From Lama guanicoe (taxonomy: Eukaryota): a stretch of 64,000 bases of DNA. The notes under the pieces were generated by a model. That model was given only the letters and a program-made list of their open reading frames with translations, was not told where the DNA came from and made no database searches. Numbering within the stretch: position 1 is the stretch's first letter; each line of letters opens with the position of its first letter. Positions 25,061-37,600 of the stretch are shown in pieces. Position numbers and translations under genes: made by a program. Location of the stretch: assembly GCA_013239625.1 (NCBI GenBank), contig MU054037.1:250001-314000 (forward strand), in the 5' to 3' direction.

Positions 25061-26842
25061 GGAGGACCAGGGCCTAGAGGCTGGGGAGGCAATCTCCAGA
25101 GCCCAGTGCACAGGAGGCTTGCAGACCACAGGCCAAGAAACACTGCCTCATGTCATCCTGCAGGGTAGGGGCTGTTGGTAAGGTTATCTCCCTCTTGCAG
25201 ATGAGGATATGAGAGTCACTGAGCGCTAGTGACTTGGAGATAACACCCCGCCCGAAGGTTGGGAGTTGGGAGTGAGGAGACTAGGGTGTTTCAGAGGCCT
25301 TTTTAGTCCTACGAGAGTACATAATCATCCTTTTTTTGCCTTCCTGAGGTGTCCAGGCAGCCCTTTCCTTTCTGATTTCTCATCCAACTGCAATTATTCA
25401 TGGCAAGAGGCCTATGGGAAGAATTCTCCAAGCACTAGAAAAGCCATGTATTGTGCTGCTCCCACCTCCACGTGGGCTGTGCCCAAAAGCAGTTGAAAAA
25501 ATAAGATTAGCTCCAATTTGGTGGTGGGGGGGGCTACCCCTGTCAGCCCCTGTGCTAGGTATAGTGCATACATTATCCTGAACCCTGGCAACAACCTCTG
25601 CAGTCAGGTTTTATTGGCTGTATTTTCCGGATGGGGAAGCTGAGGCTCAGGAAGGTGGGGCTGACTTGCGGGTCTCACAGCTGGGGGCGGGGGCTGGTCG
25701 AGTCACGCTCCCCTGCTCCACACTGGCTTATCAGCGGCCGCCAGCCTTGTTATGTCCCCGAAGGAAGGTTCTCAGGGAAAGGGGTTTCAGTGTCAAGAGT
25801 TCCAAAGGAGCTGAATGTTTCCTCTGGGAATAATTCTCAGGGCACCAGGAAAATGTCCTGAGCCTAATAAACATAAGAAAGAAACAGGAAATCTGCTTTG
25901 TTATACAGCAGCTAAAATGCGAATAGGAAAAACTCTCCAAAGAGCCCAGAGATTTGTTGGATTTGAAAATGGAAGGCCCTGATTGAGAGGGTAGGAAAAA
26001 GGAAAAAGAGACCCTGGGTTCTGGAAGTGATGGGTATGTGGTGGATGGTGTGGCAGCAAGGAGGGCTAGCTGCGAAGTCTGAGTCTGAAAAAGTCCTGCT
26101 TTTCCCCTAGTCCTGCTTTCATGCTGTGTGACCTTGGGCAAGTCACTTAGCCTTCCAGAGTAAAATAGGGTCCTGGCTGGCAGCTTACGAGGCAGAGGGA
26201 ACCGAGAAGTAAAGGATGGGGCTCGCCTTGCCAGCTGGGCAGGGCTGGCAAAGGTGAGAGTGTCAGAGTGTAAGCCCAGAGTGGACACCCAAGTTTTAAA
26301 CTTAGTGCAGCTCTCAGGTTGTGAGCTGTTAGTCACCTTGCACTCCAGGGCACCAGAACCGGTGAGGAGCCAATGTCTGGCTTTGGCCTCATCTCAAGGA
26401 GAGATCAGTTTTGCTTGAAAGGCCTCCTCTTTAAGATCTGGACGTTTGGAGTCCCTCCCTGGACACACTGCCTGGCCTGCACCTTGGAGAGTATTGTCCA
26501 CAGATGCCCATGCAGAGATGAGTGCCCTGGGCTCAGTTCAGAAGGTACAGACCGTGGCTACTGGGGGAGACCCGGCGAATCCGGAAGCTGTGGATACACT
26601 GGGAGGAGGGAGCTGCCAATGGTGTTGAAGATGGACCATAGGTGTGTGTGGGAGTTTGGGGTTCGATAGGTGAGGCCCTTTCCATGGGCAGCCAACACAT
26701 CTCTCTCATGGTTGGGGCACCAGAGAGACAGGCAACTTGACTTTTCTGATCTGAACAGAGGAAATAATAGGGATTTTTCTTTTCCCCAGGGAAGCACATC
26801 TGCCACTTTGTAGGGTTTTGAGTCTGTAGCAAGGTGTTTAAG

Positions 26843-27090
26843 ATTTTTTAATTTTTTAATTTTACTTTTTATTGAAGGGTAGTTGATTTCCAGTGTTAGT
26901 TCCTGGCATACAGCAAAACAATTCAGTTATACATACATATTTTTTTCATTATATATTATTACAAGACTTTGAATATAGTTCCTTGTGCTATACAGTAGGT
27001 CCTTGTTGTTTATCTATCTTTTTGCATTTTTTTTATTGACGTATAGTCAGTTTACAATGTTGTGTCAGTTGCTAGTGTACAGCATGTTTC
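26843..27090 (-). mobile_element. Two adjacent L1 3' ends (cetartiodactyl type)
   Basis: TTTTATTGAAGGGTAGTTGATTT...CTTGTGCTATACAGTAGGTCCTTGTTG, then a second start TTTTTATTGACGTATAGTCAGTTTACAATGTTGTG at ~27029. Confidence 0.75.
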
Positions 27091-28959
27091 TATCACACCT
27101 GGGATTCTACTTTTAACAGGCCCTGCAGGTGATTCCTAGACAGAGTTTTAGGACAGCTGGGATACATGATTTCAGCCTCTAATCGTTTCAGCCCTGTGTC
27201 CTCAGCCATATGTATATATGCCCACAGGAACTGGGAAAATAAAATACTAGCTCTCTTGATGTTTTATCCTTGCTCTGATGCCTTCAGTAAACTGTTCCAT
27301 ACTTTAGGGGTCCTGAATCTTGACAGTGTGTGTTCATGGGCTGTTCCCCAGGCTGGCTTTGATATTCCTTGAGGAAGAAAAGCCTTATTAACATGCACCC
27401 GAATGGGACTGTAAGAATCTGTTTATGAGCTGAATCATTACAATAAACATCCATCTCAGCTTTTCATCTCTGGCTTTGGAGTGTTTGACTGGTTTCCCTT
27501 TTCTGAGTCATTCTCCCTTGGCTCCTGCTTCCTGACGAGGTCATTTGCGTTGTCTAACATGGAGCCAAAGGTTTCATCTTCTCTTTGACCAATGGCATCT
27601 CCTCTGGTTTCCCTCCAGTCATCTTTGTAAGGTTGTTAAGGGAGATTCACAAGGTTTTAATAGCTTTGTGTGTGTTCTCTCTCTTTTTTTTTTTTTTTTG
27701 GTATTGTGTCTGAAAACTCACTGTTTAGTGTTCAAAGCAAGTAAATAAAGGCTTTATATGGCTGCCTGGGAGACCTCTCCAGTTTCTTATCCTTTTCCCT
27801 CAGAAATCTAATAGTCCCTAAGACTCCACAGTGTTGGTGACTTTGAGAAGCTGTTGCCCAAGAACCACTCTCAGCCTAACCCCTTCATACCGCTCAGGTG
27901 TGAATGAAATGGTCTTGGGCAAGGGCCTTGTGTTCGGTTCCATCATGAAGATGAAACCTTGGCACTTAGTATTCTAGATCTTAAAAATTAAGAACTTTCC
28001 TCTGGATCGTGGTTCACTTCTGGTTCTGTAATTGTGTGCTATGGTTTTCATGGTCGAAATCAATCTGTAAACACAGAATTTTACAGTCGTAAATTCATGG
28101 GAAGCCCTCCACATTACCCAGGTGGGAGGAGTCCAGAGCTGTCTTGAAACTATGGCAGTGGTAGATATAGGTACATACCCCAGAAAGCAGGGCCCATGTG
28201 ACCCTTCCCTGCATTCCCCTAGTGTCTTGCACAAATCTCTGCCCACAGTGGTGCCCAATAGTTGGCTGCTGGAAGAATGGATTTTAAAAATATGATAGAC
28301 TAGTAAATTAAACTGGTGAAGGCATGGAATTCAAAGGGTAGATCAGTGTGATTTTGAATTTGCCCTTGGTTCTTTGTTAAGTTTAATTTTCATAGAAATA
28401 TCAAGTAGACGCAGGATTAGTTGCAGTGCAGAGTGGCAGAGAGAAGAGGCAGACGTTGTGTGCACTTTAAGTACTTTGGTGCATCTGTTAGTTGTTTATT
28501 GTTTGCCGATCATTTTGTTAGATAATCCCTAGAGACTGATTGACAAACCCCATCATTTTGTGTCCAGGGAAACTGAGGCACAGGAGTGCAGTTAATTTCT
28601 CTGAATTTACATAGTAAAGCTGTAAGCAGGCTAGTTGACCAGTAATCAAGAAGGATTTAAAAGGTACCTCCTCTCTACTGGGATACATAAGAACCAAAGT
28701 GTAGCTTTGCAAATGCTGTTAGAGGTGAGAGGTGAAGGAGGTCCCCTTAGAACCTAGAGTTGCTTTGTGATATTTCTGTCATGTGGCTCTCTGGCTTTGG
28801 CTGGTGTCTCTCCAAGGACAGGGAGCTCATTGTTCACTGAGGTAGTTCATTTTATTTTTGAACGCTTCTAATGATTAGAATTCTTTCACATGAGCTGTCA
28901 TCAACTTGTCTTGTAATTTTCTCCTCTAGGAACCCTGCCTCACTATATCCACACAATGA

Positions 28960-28991
28960 TTAATTAATTAATTAATTAATTAATTAATTAA
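28960..28991. repeat. (TTAA)8 self-complementary microsatellite
   Basis: TTAATTAATTAATTAATTAATTAATTAATTAA. Confidence 0.95.
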
Positions 28992-29358
28992 GGTGTGTGT
29001 GTTGAATACCAGTTAGGTTTTAGGTCAGGAGAAATAAAAGTAAACAAGATAGACAAGATTCTTGCCTCCTGGAGTCTGGTGTTAGGATAGCAGAAGGAGC
29101 ATTGAGCAAGATGTCAGAAGACCTGAGTGCAAGTCAAAGAAATTTATTTACAAAAAAAAAAGAAAAGAAGGTTTTTGTACCACTTGCAACTTGTATGAAC
29201 TTGGCTAAGACACTTGAGCATCTGTTCTCACTTCATTTTGCAGAGGGCGTTATCCCATTGGACCTCCCAAAGCAGTGCAGGTTCACTGGGGTGATGTGCC
29301 TTGTAAAGTGCTCATTGCTGTGTATTACTAAGAGGAGCAGTACCGCTTGCTTCTAGAG

Positions 29359-29543
29359 CAGTAGTTCTCAAAGCGTGGTCCCCGGGCCAGCAGCATCAGC
29401 ATCACCTGGGAACTTGCTAGAAATGCAAACTCCCCAGCACTACCCCAGACCTGCTGACTCAAAACTCAGGGGGGTGGGGCCAGAAAATTGCCTTAAAAGG
29501 GCTGCAGGTGATTCTGCTGTCTGCTTTAGTTGGAGAACTACTG
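29359..29543. mobile_element. MER5A (hAT-Charlie), full length
   Basis: Perfect terminal inverted repeats CAGTAGTTCTC / GAGAACTACTG; internal GCAGCATCAGCATCACCTGGGAACTTGCTAGAAATGCA; a further MER5-like start at 29554. Confidence 0.85.
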
Positions 29544-30692
29544 TTGACGAGGGCAGTAGTTCTCCGCCTTGACTGCACATTGGATTCACCTGAGAGGAGG
29601 GCTTTTTTTTAACTTGAGGGCGGAGCTCATGCAGAAGCCGTGTGGGTGATTCACCAGAGCTGGAGGGGCCGGGAGCCAGGAGCCTGGAGGATGAGGCGCA
29701 CAGATGGTGGAGTTGCCCAGCTTGGTTTGAGTCCCGGCTCTGCCCCTTAGCAGCTCTGTGGCTGTGGCTCTTGGTAAGAGCACGCCGGCCTCAAATTCCT
29801 TATTTGCATGGTGAGGATGAAAGTGCCCATCCCTCAGGGCTGTCGTAACAGTCAAGTGGAAGGACGCCTGCAAGTCTCCAAGGATGCGTCTGGGCTGTGG
29901 TAAGTGAGCGAGGACTGGGCTTAGTAGTAGCGGCCTTGGGCATTGGAAGCCTACTGTGCTCATCTCTCCACACTAAGCGTCTTTACCTCTTCCGTCTAGG
30001 GCCTAGTTTCCAGTCCCCTCTTCTGGGAAACTCCATTTTGTCCATGACTCTTTAAAAGGCAGTGTCCCATTTGACAGTATCCCTCCAAATTACAGATGCA
30101 TCCACTTTCTGTCCTTGTAATTCCAATTCTTGAAATTTGTTCTATGGATATACCTGCATACATGAGCAATGATGTGTTTATTTCTTACAACATGGTTTGC
30201 AGTAGCAAAAGACTGGAATAACCTAAATGTTCATCAGTCTAGGCTCTCCAAGCCTTAGAGAACTATTGCCCTCATCAACAGTAGTTCTCCAACTAAAGCA
30301 GGCAGCAGAATCACCGGCAGCCCTTATGAAACAATTTTCTGGCCCCACCCCCCTGAGCCTGTGCAGCTATGGAAAAGAACCAGGCTGCTTTTTAGGTACT
30401 GGTGTAGGACTTTGTAGGATATGTTTTTTTTTTTAAGTGAAAAAAAACAGAGTATGGCACTGCATATATAGTGTGCTACCATTTGTGCAAAAAGAGAAGA
30501 GTCTATGTTTATTTGCCTGTATACACATGCAGTGTGTTTGGAAGAATACAAAACAAATGGGTGATGTTGGTTGCCTCTGAGGAGGGCACTGGGTGACTGC
30601 AGGACTGGGTGGAACAGGGGCTTTAAACTATTGGGTGCATTTTAAGTGATGTGATTATAACTCATTAAAAAATTTCATTAAAAGTGTGGTGT

Positions 30693-30829
30693 TGGGTGAG
30701 GGGGAGGGTAGAGCACGTACATAGCATGCACGAGGTCATAGGTTCGATCCCTAGTACCTCCATTAAATACAAAAAATAATAATAATAAATAAATAAACCT
30801 AAATATACCTCCCCTCCGCCGCCCAAAAG
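30693..30829 (+). mobile_element. Camelid-type tRNA-derived SINE lacking its A box
   Basis: GGGGAGGGTAGAGCACG...GCATGCACGAGGTCATAGGTTCGATCCCTAGTACCTCCATTAAA plus A-rich tail; TSD AAAGTGTG(G/T)TGT at 30681-30692 and 30830-30841. Confidence 0.85.
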
Positions 30830-31461
30830 AAAGTGTGTTGTCCTTAGCCGAATCCTGCACTTGTGGCCTGACCGCTGCAGGGGCCAATGGGAGTATTACC
30901 ATTTTCCCATGGACTGGACGCTGTCCTACTTCTGATGCCATCTAAGACCGCATTGCTCTTGGCACTGTGGGCTCCGATGAACCCTGTGGTCAGAGGCAGC
31001 ACCCAATTCTGGTTCGCGTGGATGGTTGCCAGGGCAGGTCTCATGGACTCGAGGAAGTTTTGAACTGCTCCCACCCAGCTGGTACTTGCACAACCGGCTT
31101 TGTTTTTGGCCTCGAAAAGCTGGGCTGTCAGGATCATTTAGACTCCTGATTCTGTCATCTGTAGCATTCAGCACTGCTTTCTCTGTTTTGTGCTGTCTGG
31201 GGAGCTGATGAGCCTGCCTCCTGAGTCTATCTTTAGTGAAGTCATTGTCGAGAAACCATTGGACAGGGCTTGGCGAAAAATCGAACACGGTGTTGTGCTG
31301 TTAGTGACCTTTCTGTAGCTTGTTGTCAAGCCATTAGAGACACCGGTGTGCACATCTACCTACCAGATGGGTGCCTGTTATGTGCCGGGCACTGCCCTCG
31401 TGCTGAGGGTTCACAGAAGAGTAAGACAGCCTTCTTGCCTGAAAAGGGATGATCATTAACA

Positions 31462-31673
31462 TAGAGGTTGGAGAACTTCTCTAAAAGGCCAGATAGTAAA
31501 CACTTTTGGCTTTGCAGGCCATACATTCTGTTCTAAATAGCCAGCTCTGTGATTGTAGCGCCGAAATAGCCGTAGACACTGCGTAAGGGAATGGCGTGGT
31601 TGTTCCAGTAACACGTTGCCGAAACAGGCAGTGGGCTGGATTTGGCCCGTGGGCCACAGAGTGCTGACCCCTG
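31462..31673. mobile_element. MER58A (hAT-Charlie)
   Basis: AAAGGCCAGATAGTAAA...GGCTTTGCAGGCCATA...CAGGCAGTGGGCTGGATTTGGCCCGTGGGCC...GCTGACCCCTG. Confidence 0.85.
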
Positions 31674-34600
31674 GTCTGACAGGAAGACAGACCAGTAGCT
31701 CAGTTACATGCAACGAGTGCTGTGAGAGGGCTGTGCACCAAGAACAGTGACGGCCCAAAGAGGGAGTGATGTACATTTGGTGGGGGTCGTTCAGCTGGCT
31801 GAGTGGTCCTGCCCTGGCACTAGCTGCTTAACTATTTCACTAACTTATCCACAGGTGAATTATGGGAGTCTTCTAAGATGCTGTGCTGAAATCAAGATGC
31901 ATGATCTCTCTCGTACTTCACCTGGCTATGAACTTGGTAATCACAACAGGAAACAACTGGTTTCTTTTTGATGCAGCGTGGTCATCATGGACCCACCTTA
32001 CCTTTTCCTGATGCTCATTCTTTCCTAAATGTCCCCAAACCATATTTGTTCTGTAGTTTTGCTAGGAATCATTATTGGTTTGTAGTTATCAGGGCTTTTT
32101 ATTTGTAGGTGTCAGGATTGTCCACTTTCCCACTTTAAGACTGGGACACTTGCCCTTGTCTCAGTCCACTAGGCCCCTTTCTCCTTTGTGTGATTTTTGA
32201 GGTCGATCAGTGGCAGTTCTAAGAAACTTTTATAGTCAGATATGCATGAAAGAAATTATTATGTAGTGTAAAGAAAATTTGGAACCACATCAAAAAGTGG
32301 AAAGAATGCTAAAACAAATCAGTCATGGGGTGTCACTCCAGCTCCATCCCTGTTTAGTGTCTTGGTGTTGTTTCTGCCAACCATGTGTAAAAGAATCAAA
32401 GCTTACAGTCAGACTGCTTGGAAGGGCATGGCTTATAGGAGGAGCCTGATGTGTAGGCTAATTAGTAAAGCTTTAGCGAAGCATGATTCAAGTGTGTTCA
32501 GAAGGGAGTGTGGTAGAAGCATGGAGGAGATAGGGGTCAGCTTCACCTGGGCCAGAGGATGGCTAGGAGAGGCTCCACAGAACAGGCGACCCTTGATAAT
32601 TAAGCAGAAGTAGTAGTTGGAGGAATAGGAAACATAATTGTACAAAAGCTACAGCCGCAACCATGTGCTAAATGTAGATAAAAAAAAAACAAAACCTGCA
32701 AGGAAATGTCCCCAAATGATACCACGATAGGAATGTTGGGGAATGTGGTTTTATTTTCTCTGGTTTTCCAAATGGGAGTATATTGCCTCTTGTTAGTATT
32801 TTTCTTAACACCACACATGTGTGCCCAGTCTTCAGCGACTCAGGGCTGCAGAACTTGGCGGCAGGCCTGTTGCAGAGTCAGGAGCTCACAGCCAGGCTGG
32901 TAGTGGTCAGGCAGCCCTGTCATTTCCACCTGAAGGAGGAGAGATACTAATAATGCTCTGAGAGCCCCAATCCGTGGGAGTAGTCTAGTATTAGCTTTGA
33001 AATCTGAGAGTTCTAGGCAGATCTCAGAAGTACCTTGAGCAAGATGGTACAGCTTGCTTCTTTCAGCTCAGCCTGATTAGGTGAGACCTTGCGTCTCTGT
33101 GCTGAGGTCGTTTACATAGCAAGAGTTGCTTTCAAAATGTTCAAGTGTGGAAACTCACAATCATGGTTGGGGAGGTAAGTGACATTTTTGGAGGTGCAGA
33201 GAAAATGTTTACATGCAGATTTCCCCCCTCCCCTCACTTAAAAATCATGAAACACAAGTAGGTATTTCCTGCTATCATTCCTCATGATATTTCTGGCATG
33301 TAGAGTTCCCACCCCCAGCATTGATTTCCACTGACCACACCCATACATGGAAGGCGGGGGCACCCAGAACCAGGGAGGGTCTTGTTGCATGTCCTCCAAA
33401 CATCGATTCTTCTTCACCACCAGGAATAGAAGAGTTATTGTGACTGTCCCAGGCCCAGATTTTGGCTTTGCTATTTACTTGCTGTGTAATTGTGGGCAAG
33501 GTCTTTGAGTGCAGCTTTTCATCATTAAATTGGGATGATACAGTTGACCTCACAATTGTTGTACGGATTGAACCAGGTAGTGTACTTAAGCTCTGGTCTA
33601 TGCCTGACCTATGAACAGGTGTTCAATACATCATGGCTGCCATTACTCATTATTTCTGTTTGATTGTCAGCACTAGCCTTATACGTCCAGTCATGTGTGT
33701 CCTATATGTAGTCGTGCAGAAAAAAACTCTGGCCCTGCATTAATTTTCAGTGTTTTGCATGTATGATTCTTAATGTGGACATGAAGTTGGCGGGGAGTGG
33801 GGCAGGTGGTGGGAGTGGTGGTCTGTCAACATAAACAGTGCTTGGCAGGATTTCACTTCAGAGGTTATTTTTTTACAAAAGACTTTCTACAAGATCCCCC
33901 AAGGGGTGGACTTCTTGAAATGTCAGGTGCTCTGTATACATTGATGAAAGCTGTGTTAAAATGGAAAACATGTGTATGTTAAGGGCTCAAGAAATAATGT
34001 GTTGATTGACTAGAAAAACGAAAGGGGAATAACTAGCAAAGGGAAGATGAAAAGGGAGAAAAGGAGGCCCCTCTGGGTTGGGCTTCTGACCCTGTAAAGG
34101 CTTCCCGCCCCTTCCTGTCTCTCTCTCACCTGTAACCACACCGGGATGTGGCTCTGAGCTTTGAGGGCCTGGAAAACTTGTCGTCTTGAAGTTAGTGATG
34201 TCACTTCATACTTTTTAATCCTGGCAGTCCCAGTTTCACTCTTCTATACTCTGAGATCCTGCTGAATTCCAGATTCACTGCTACTGGTGACCAGAAATAA
34301 GTAAAATTAGGAAAGGAATGTTTGCCCTCTACCAGGAGGACCTGAAGGATAGGAAGATTGCTCAAAAGCCCCCAGAAAAAGAATGATGAAAGAGTTAACC
34401 AGTCTTCATTTGTTGTCATCTCTAAATTAGGGCTGATCTATTCCTCAGTGGCATGGAGTGCTGCGCGCTCTGTGCACACTGTCCACCTCTGCCTGCCATT
34501 AAGTATCAGCTGTATCTGAAGGCGTGATGTGACCTTCAGTCCTCTTCCTCCATTCTTACCCTGTCCTGGCTGTTTGGGGACTGGAAAGACAAGGCAAAAG

Positions 34601-37600
34601 GGGGACTCAGCTCTGAGGTCTGGCACACAGTAGGTGTTTAATAAACATTCTTCCATCTCATCCAGTGCAGGACCCATCTGTGGTTAAGTACATCAAATTC
34701 AGGGCATGGATAGAACTGGAACCATCCTTTGTGTTTGTGTCTTTTTAACAGTAGGGTAGGTGGTCTTGAGAGTGTTCAGGATAATATATAAAAACCACTC
34801 TGAATATTTTTTTAGTAGAAACGTCCATCTTCCCACATTTTACAAATCTGTTGGTCTTGATTTCGCTGCCTACTACCCTTTTCCCTAGTTTGTGGAACCA
34901 TAACTTTAGAGCTAATAGATTAGATCTGGTCTCAGTTGTACTGCAGTCTCTTAAGTCTCCCAGCATTTCTGCAAAATCCTGGTAGTTTTTTCATGCCCTT
35001 GCAGTGTGCAAGCATAACGCTTCATCTATTTTTAAATAACTTAAAATGTTTATTTTATAAATAAAGGTATATTTTATCAATAAAGGTGTATTTTATCGTT
35101 TAACTTAAAAGGGTTTGTCTTAAGTGTATTTAAGAATTTAAAGGTTTATTTCAGAAGCTAGAAATGTCTTCAGACTCTGGTGTCTCACTTGGTGGTTGAT
35201 ATGCTCAACATTTGTCAGCTTACTTCTCTTACTTTGCCAGAGATCGGGCGCTGACGTCACACAGTGGGTTTGTTAGGTTTGTTGATGTCTGCTTTTTAGA
35301 GGCGGATCACACCCCTCCCTCTTGGACAGCCTTGGTGAGTAGGGCTGGGGGGGCAAGGCCAGTGTCAGGTGGGGGCAGCCTGACACTGGGCTTCCTCTTT
35401 AACACCATTCTCCTCGTTATCTTTCCTTCTCGCTGTATATCTCTTGTTTTCCCCCTACTTTCCCGCTCCTGAAATATTTTGTGTGCATTGTTAGACTTAG
35501 TGCATCTGGCCTTGTAAAGGAGGATGTGCCTTCTTCACTCCCCCTTCTCCTCTTCGTAGTTCAGACTTTGTTCTGATGAACGTTTTAGAAAATGTCTTTG
35601 GCCACTTCCCCATGCCTTGCCGTACACATAAGGTCAGCATGGGCTTTGCACGTGATGGCCCAGGGGTCAGCAGCCTTCCCAAAAATGGTCATCAGCTATT
35701 TGTGACTCCTGTTTTGGTGCTGGGGGGTGACCGTGCTCACCCTTGGCGGGGCCTGGCAGGGGGTGGGGACTTGTACAGGGGCCGGGCGCAGCGCAGGCTC
35801 CAGGCTGCCGCAGCCGGGCCAGCACCAGGCTCCTCGCCTCCCGCTATGCCTGTGGCTGACTCCGTGTTTCAGCTATTGTATTCTGGCTTCTGAAGTGTCA
35901 TTTGGGTTGGCCATTTAGTCTGTGCTGTTGCACAGCCTTTTCATCATAGGAATTTCACAACTTGAACACTCTTGGCCTTGTAAGGCTTTGTAGAAGAGAC
36001 CATAAATTCCAGATCACTCTGTCCAGCAGGGGCTGGCGCTGGAGAGGTGGTTGCTTGGCCGGGTGACCTTGGTCTCTGAGGGCTGTCCTGCAGTTGGTCT
36101 TGGGTGTTGTTGAACACATCCCAGAGGGAGCTGGTGCTGCAGAGAAGGCTGCTGGTGAGCACGAGCCCAAGGGAAACATGGGGATAGACACCGGCTTCTT
36201 TCACAGCATATGATATTTTTTCAATTTCCTGCTGCAGGAAGGGAGGTTCAGGTTTAATTAAATGTATGGTAAACAGTCTCCTTTAGCCTGTTGCTTATCC
36301 TTGGTTTATTCCCAGCCATTTGCAGGGGGCCTCATGAAAAAGTCAGTGGCCTGTCACTCCTTCCCTCCCCTTAGAAAGCTCAGAGTCCCTGGCTAAGCTT
36401 TACTTCGGGCGAGGGAGAGCTGAGCTGCAGCATGGCAAGGACCAGGCAGATGGGACCTCCTGATGAGTTTCGACTGGCAGGCGTTTTTATGTGCTCAGCA
36501 GCACCAGGTCTCCTCTCAGTGGTCATCTAGCTCACTCTTATGTTACCCAGCCGAGAAGCCTCCCCAGGGCCTAGGGAGTTTAAGTGACTTACCCTGGGTC
36601 ACATAGTCTTGAAAGAACCTGGAATAGAATTGTTTCTTTCTGCAGTGTGTTTTATATCCTGTTGCATTGACTCACCAAAGCCTGTACATCCTTCAGTCTA
36701 GAGAAATTTATACCCAGTGAGGGGCTTGGTACCTAAACACGGCTGACAGTGTACACTTTGCAATCTAATCCAGGTTCCAGTTCTAGCTCTGCTGCTTATT
36801 AACTATGTGATCATGAGGGTGTCTCTAACCTCCCTGAGTCTATTTTCTCACCTGTAGCTCGGGAACCATACCTACCTCATTAGGTTTTGAGGATCTTCCT
36901 GGGCTGTTCCTGGATATAGCCACTGAGTAAATTACCTCTAGCAGCGGCATTTTCCATGCCTTCAGAGCTCAAGCTGAGATGAGGCTGGAGTCTTCCCTCT
37001 TTAACTGAAACCGAGGTAGGGAGAGCTGCAACAAATTCCAAACCCGCCTGGATCTTTACTTTATTCAGCACTTGCTCTGTGAGCAAACCAAGGCCCTGGG
37101 GTAATGTGTGCCCATTAGAGGACACCTGCAGGTTTAATAACTTGTAGATTTAATAGTCAGCCTTTATTGGCCAAGGAATATGAAAGAAACAGATTGATCT
37201 TTTTTTGTTGTTGTTCCCCCAGTTGGGCAGAGTTATAGACTTCTCCAGGTAACCATGCATCAAGACCTTGTGACTTATCGGTTCATACGCACAACCAGCT
37301 GCACATAACCTCCTCTTCCCTTGACCCATCCCTGCGCAGCTGCCCTGTATGATTCATTCCTCAATTATTTAAGTGCCTACTATGTTCCAGGCTCAGGGCA
37401 GAGCACCAGGAAAAGACATTGGTGAGCAGGAACAGACCCAGGCCTTGACTCCATGGAGTTTATGGTTTTGTGGGGAAGATAGACTATAAGGGTAAAATTC
37501 TAATCATTGTAAGGCTATGAAGAAGTACTTGGGGCCATGGGAGCATACACTGGAGAGAGCTGACCCAGTCTGGGAGGCTAAGCAAATTTCCCAAAGAAGT

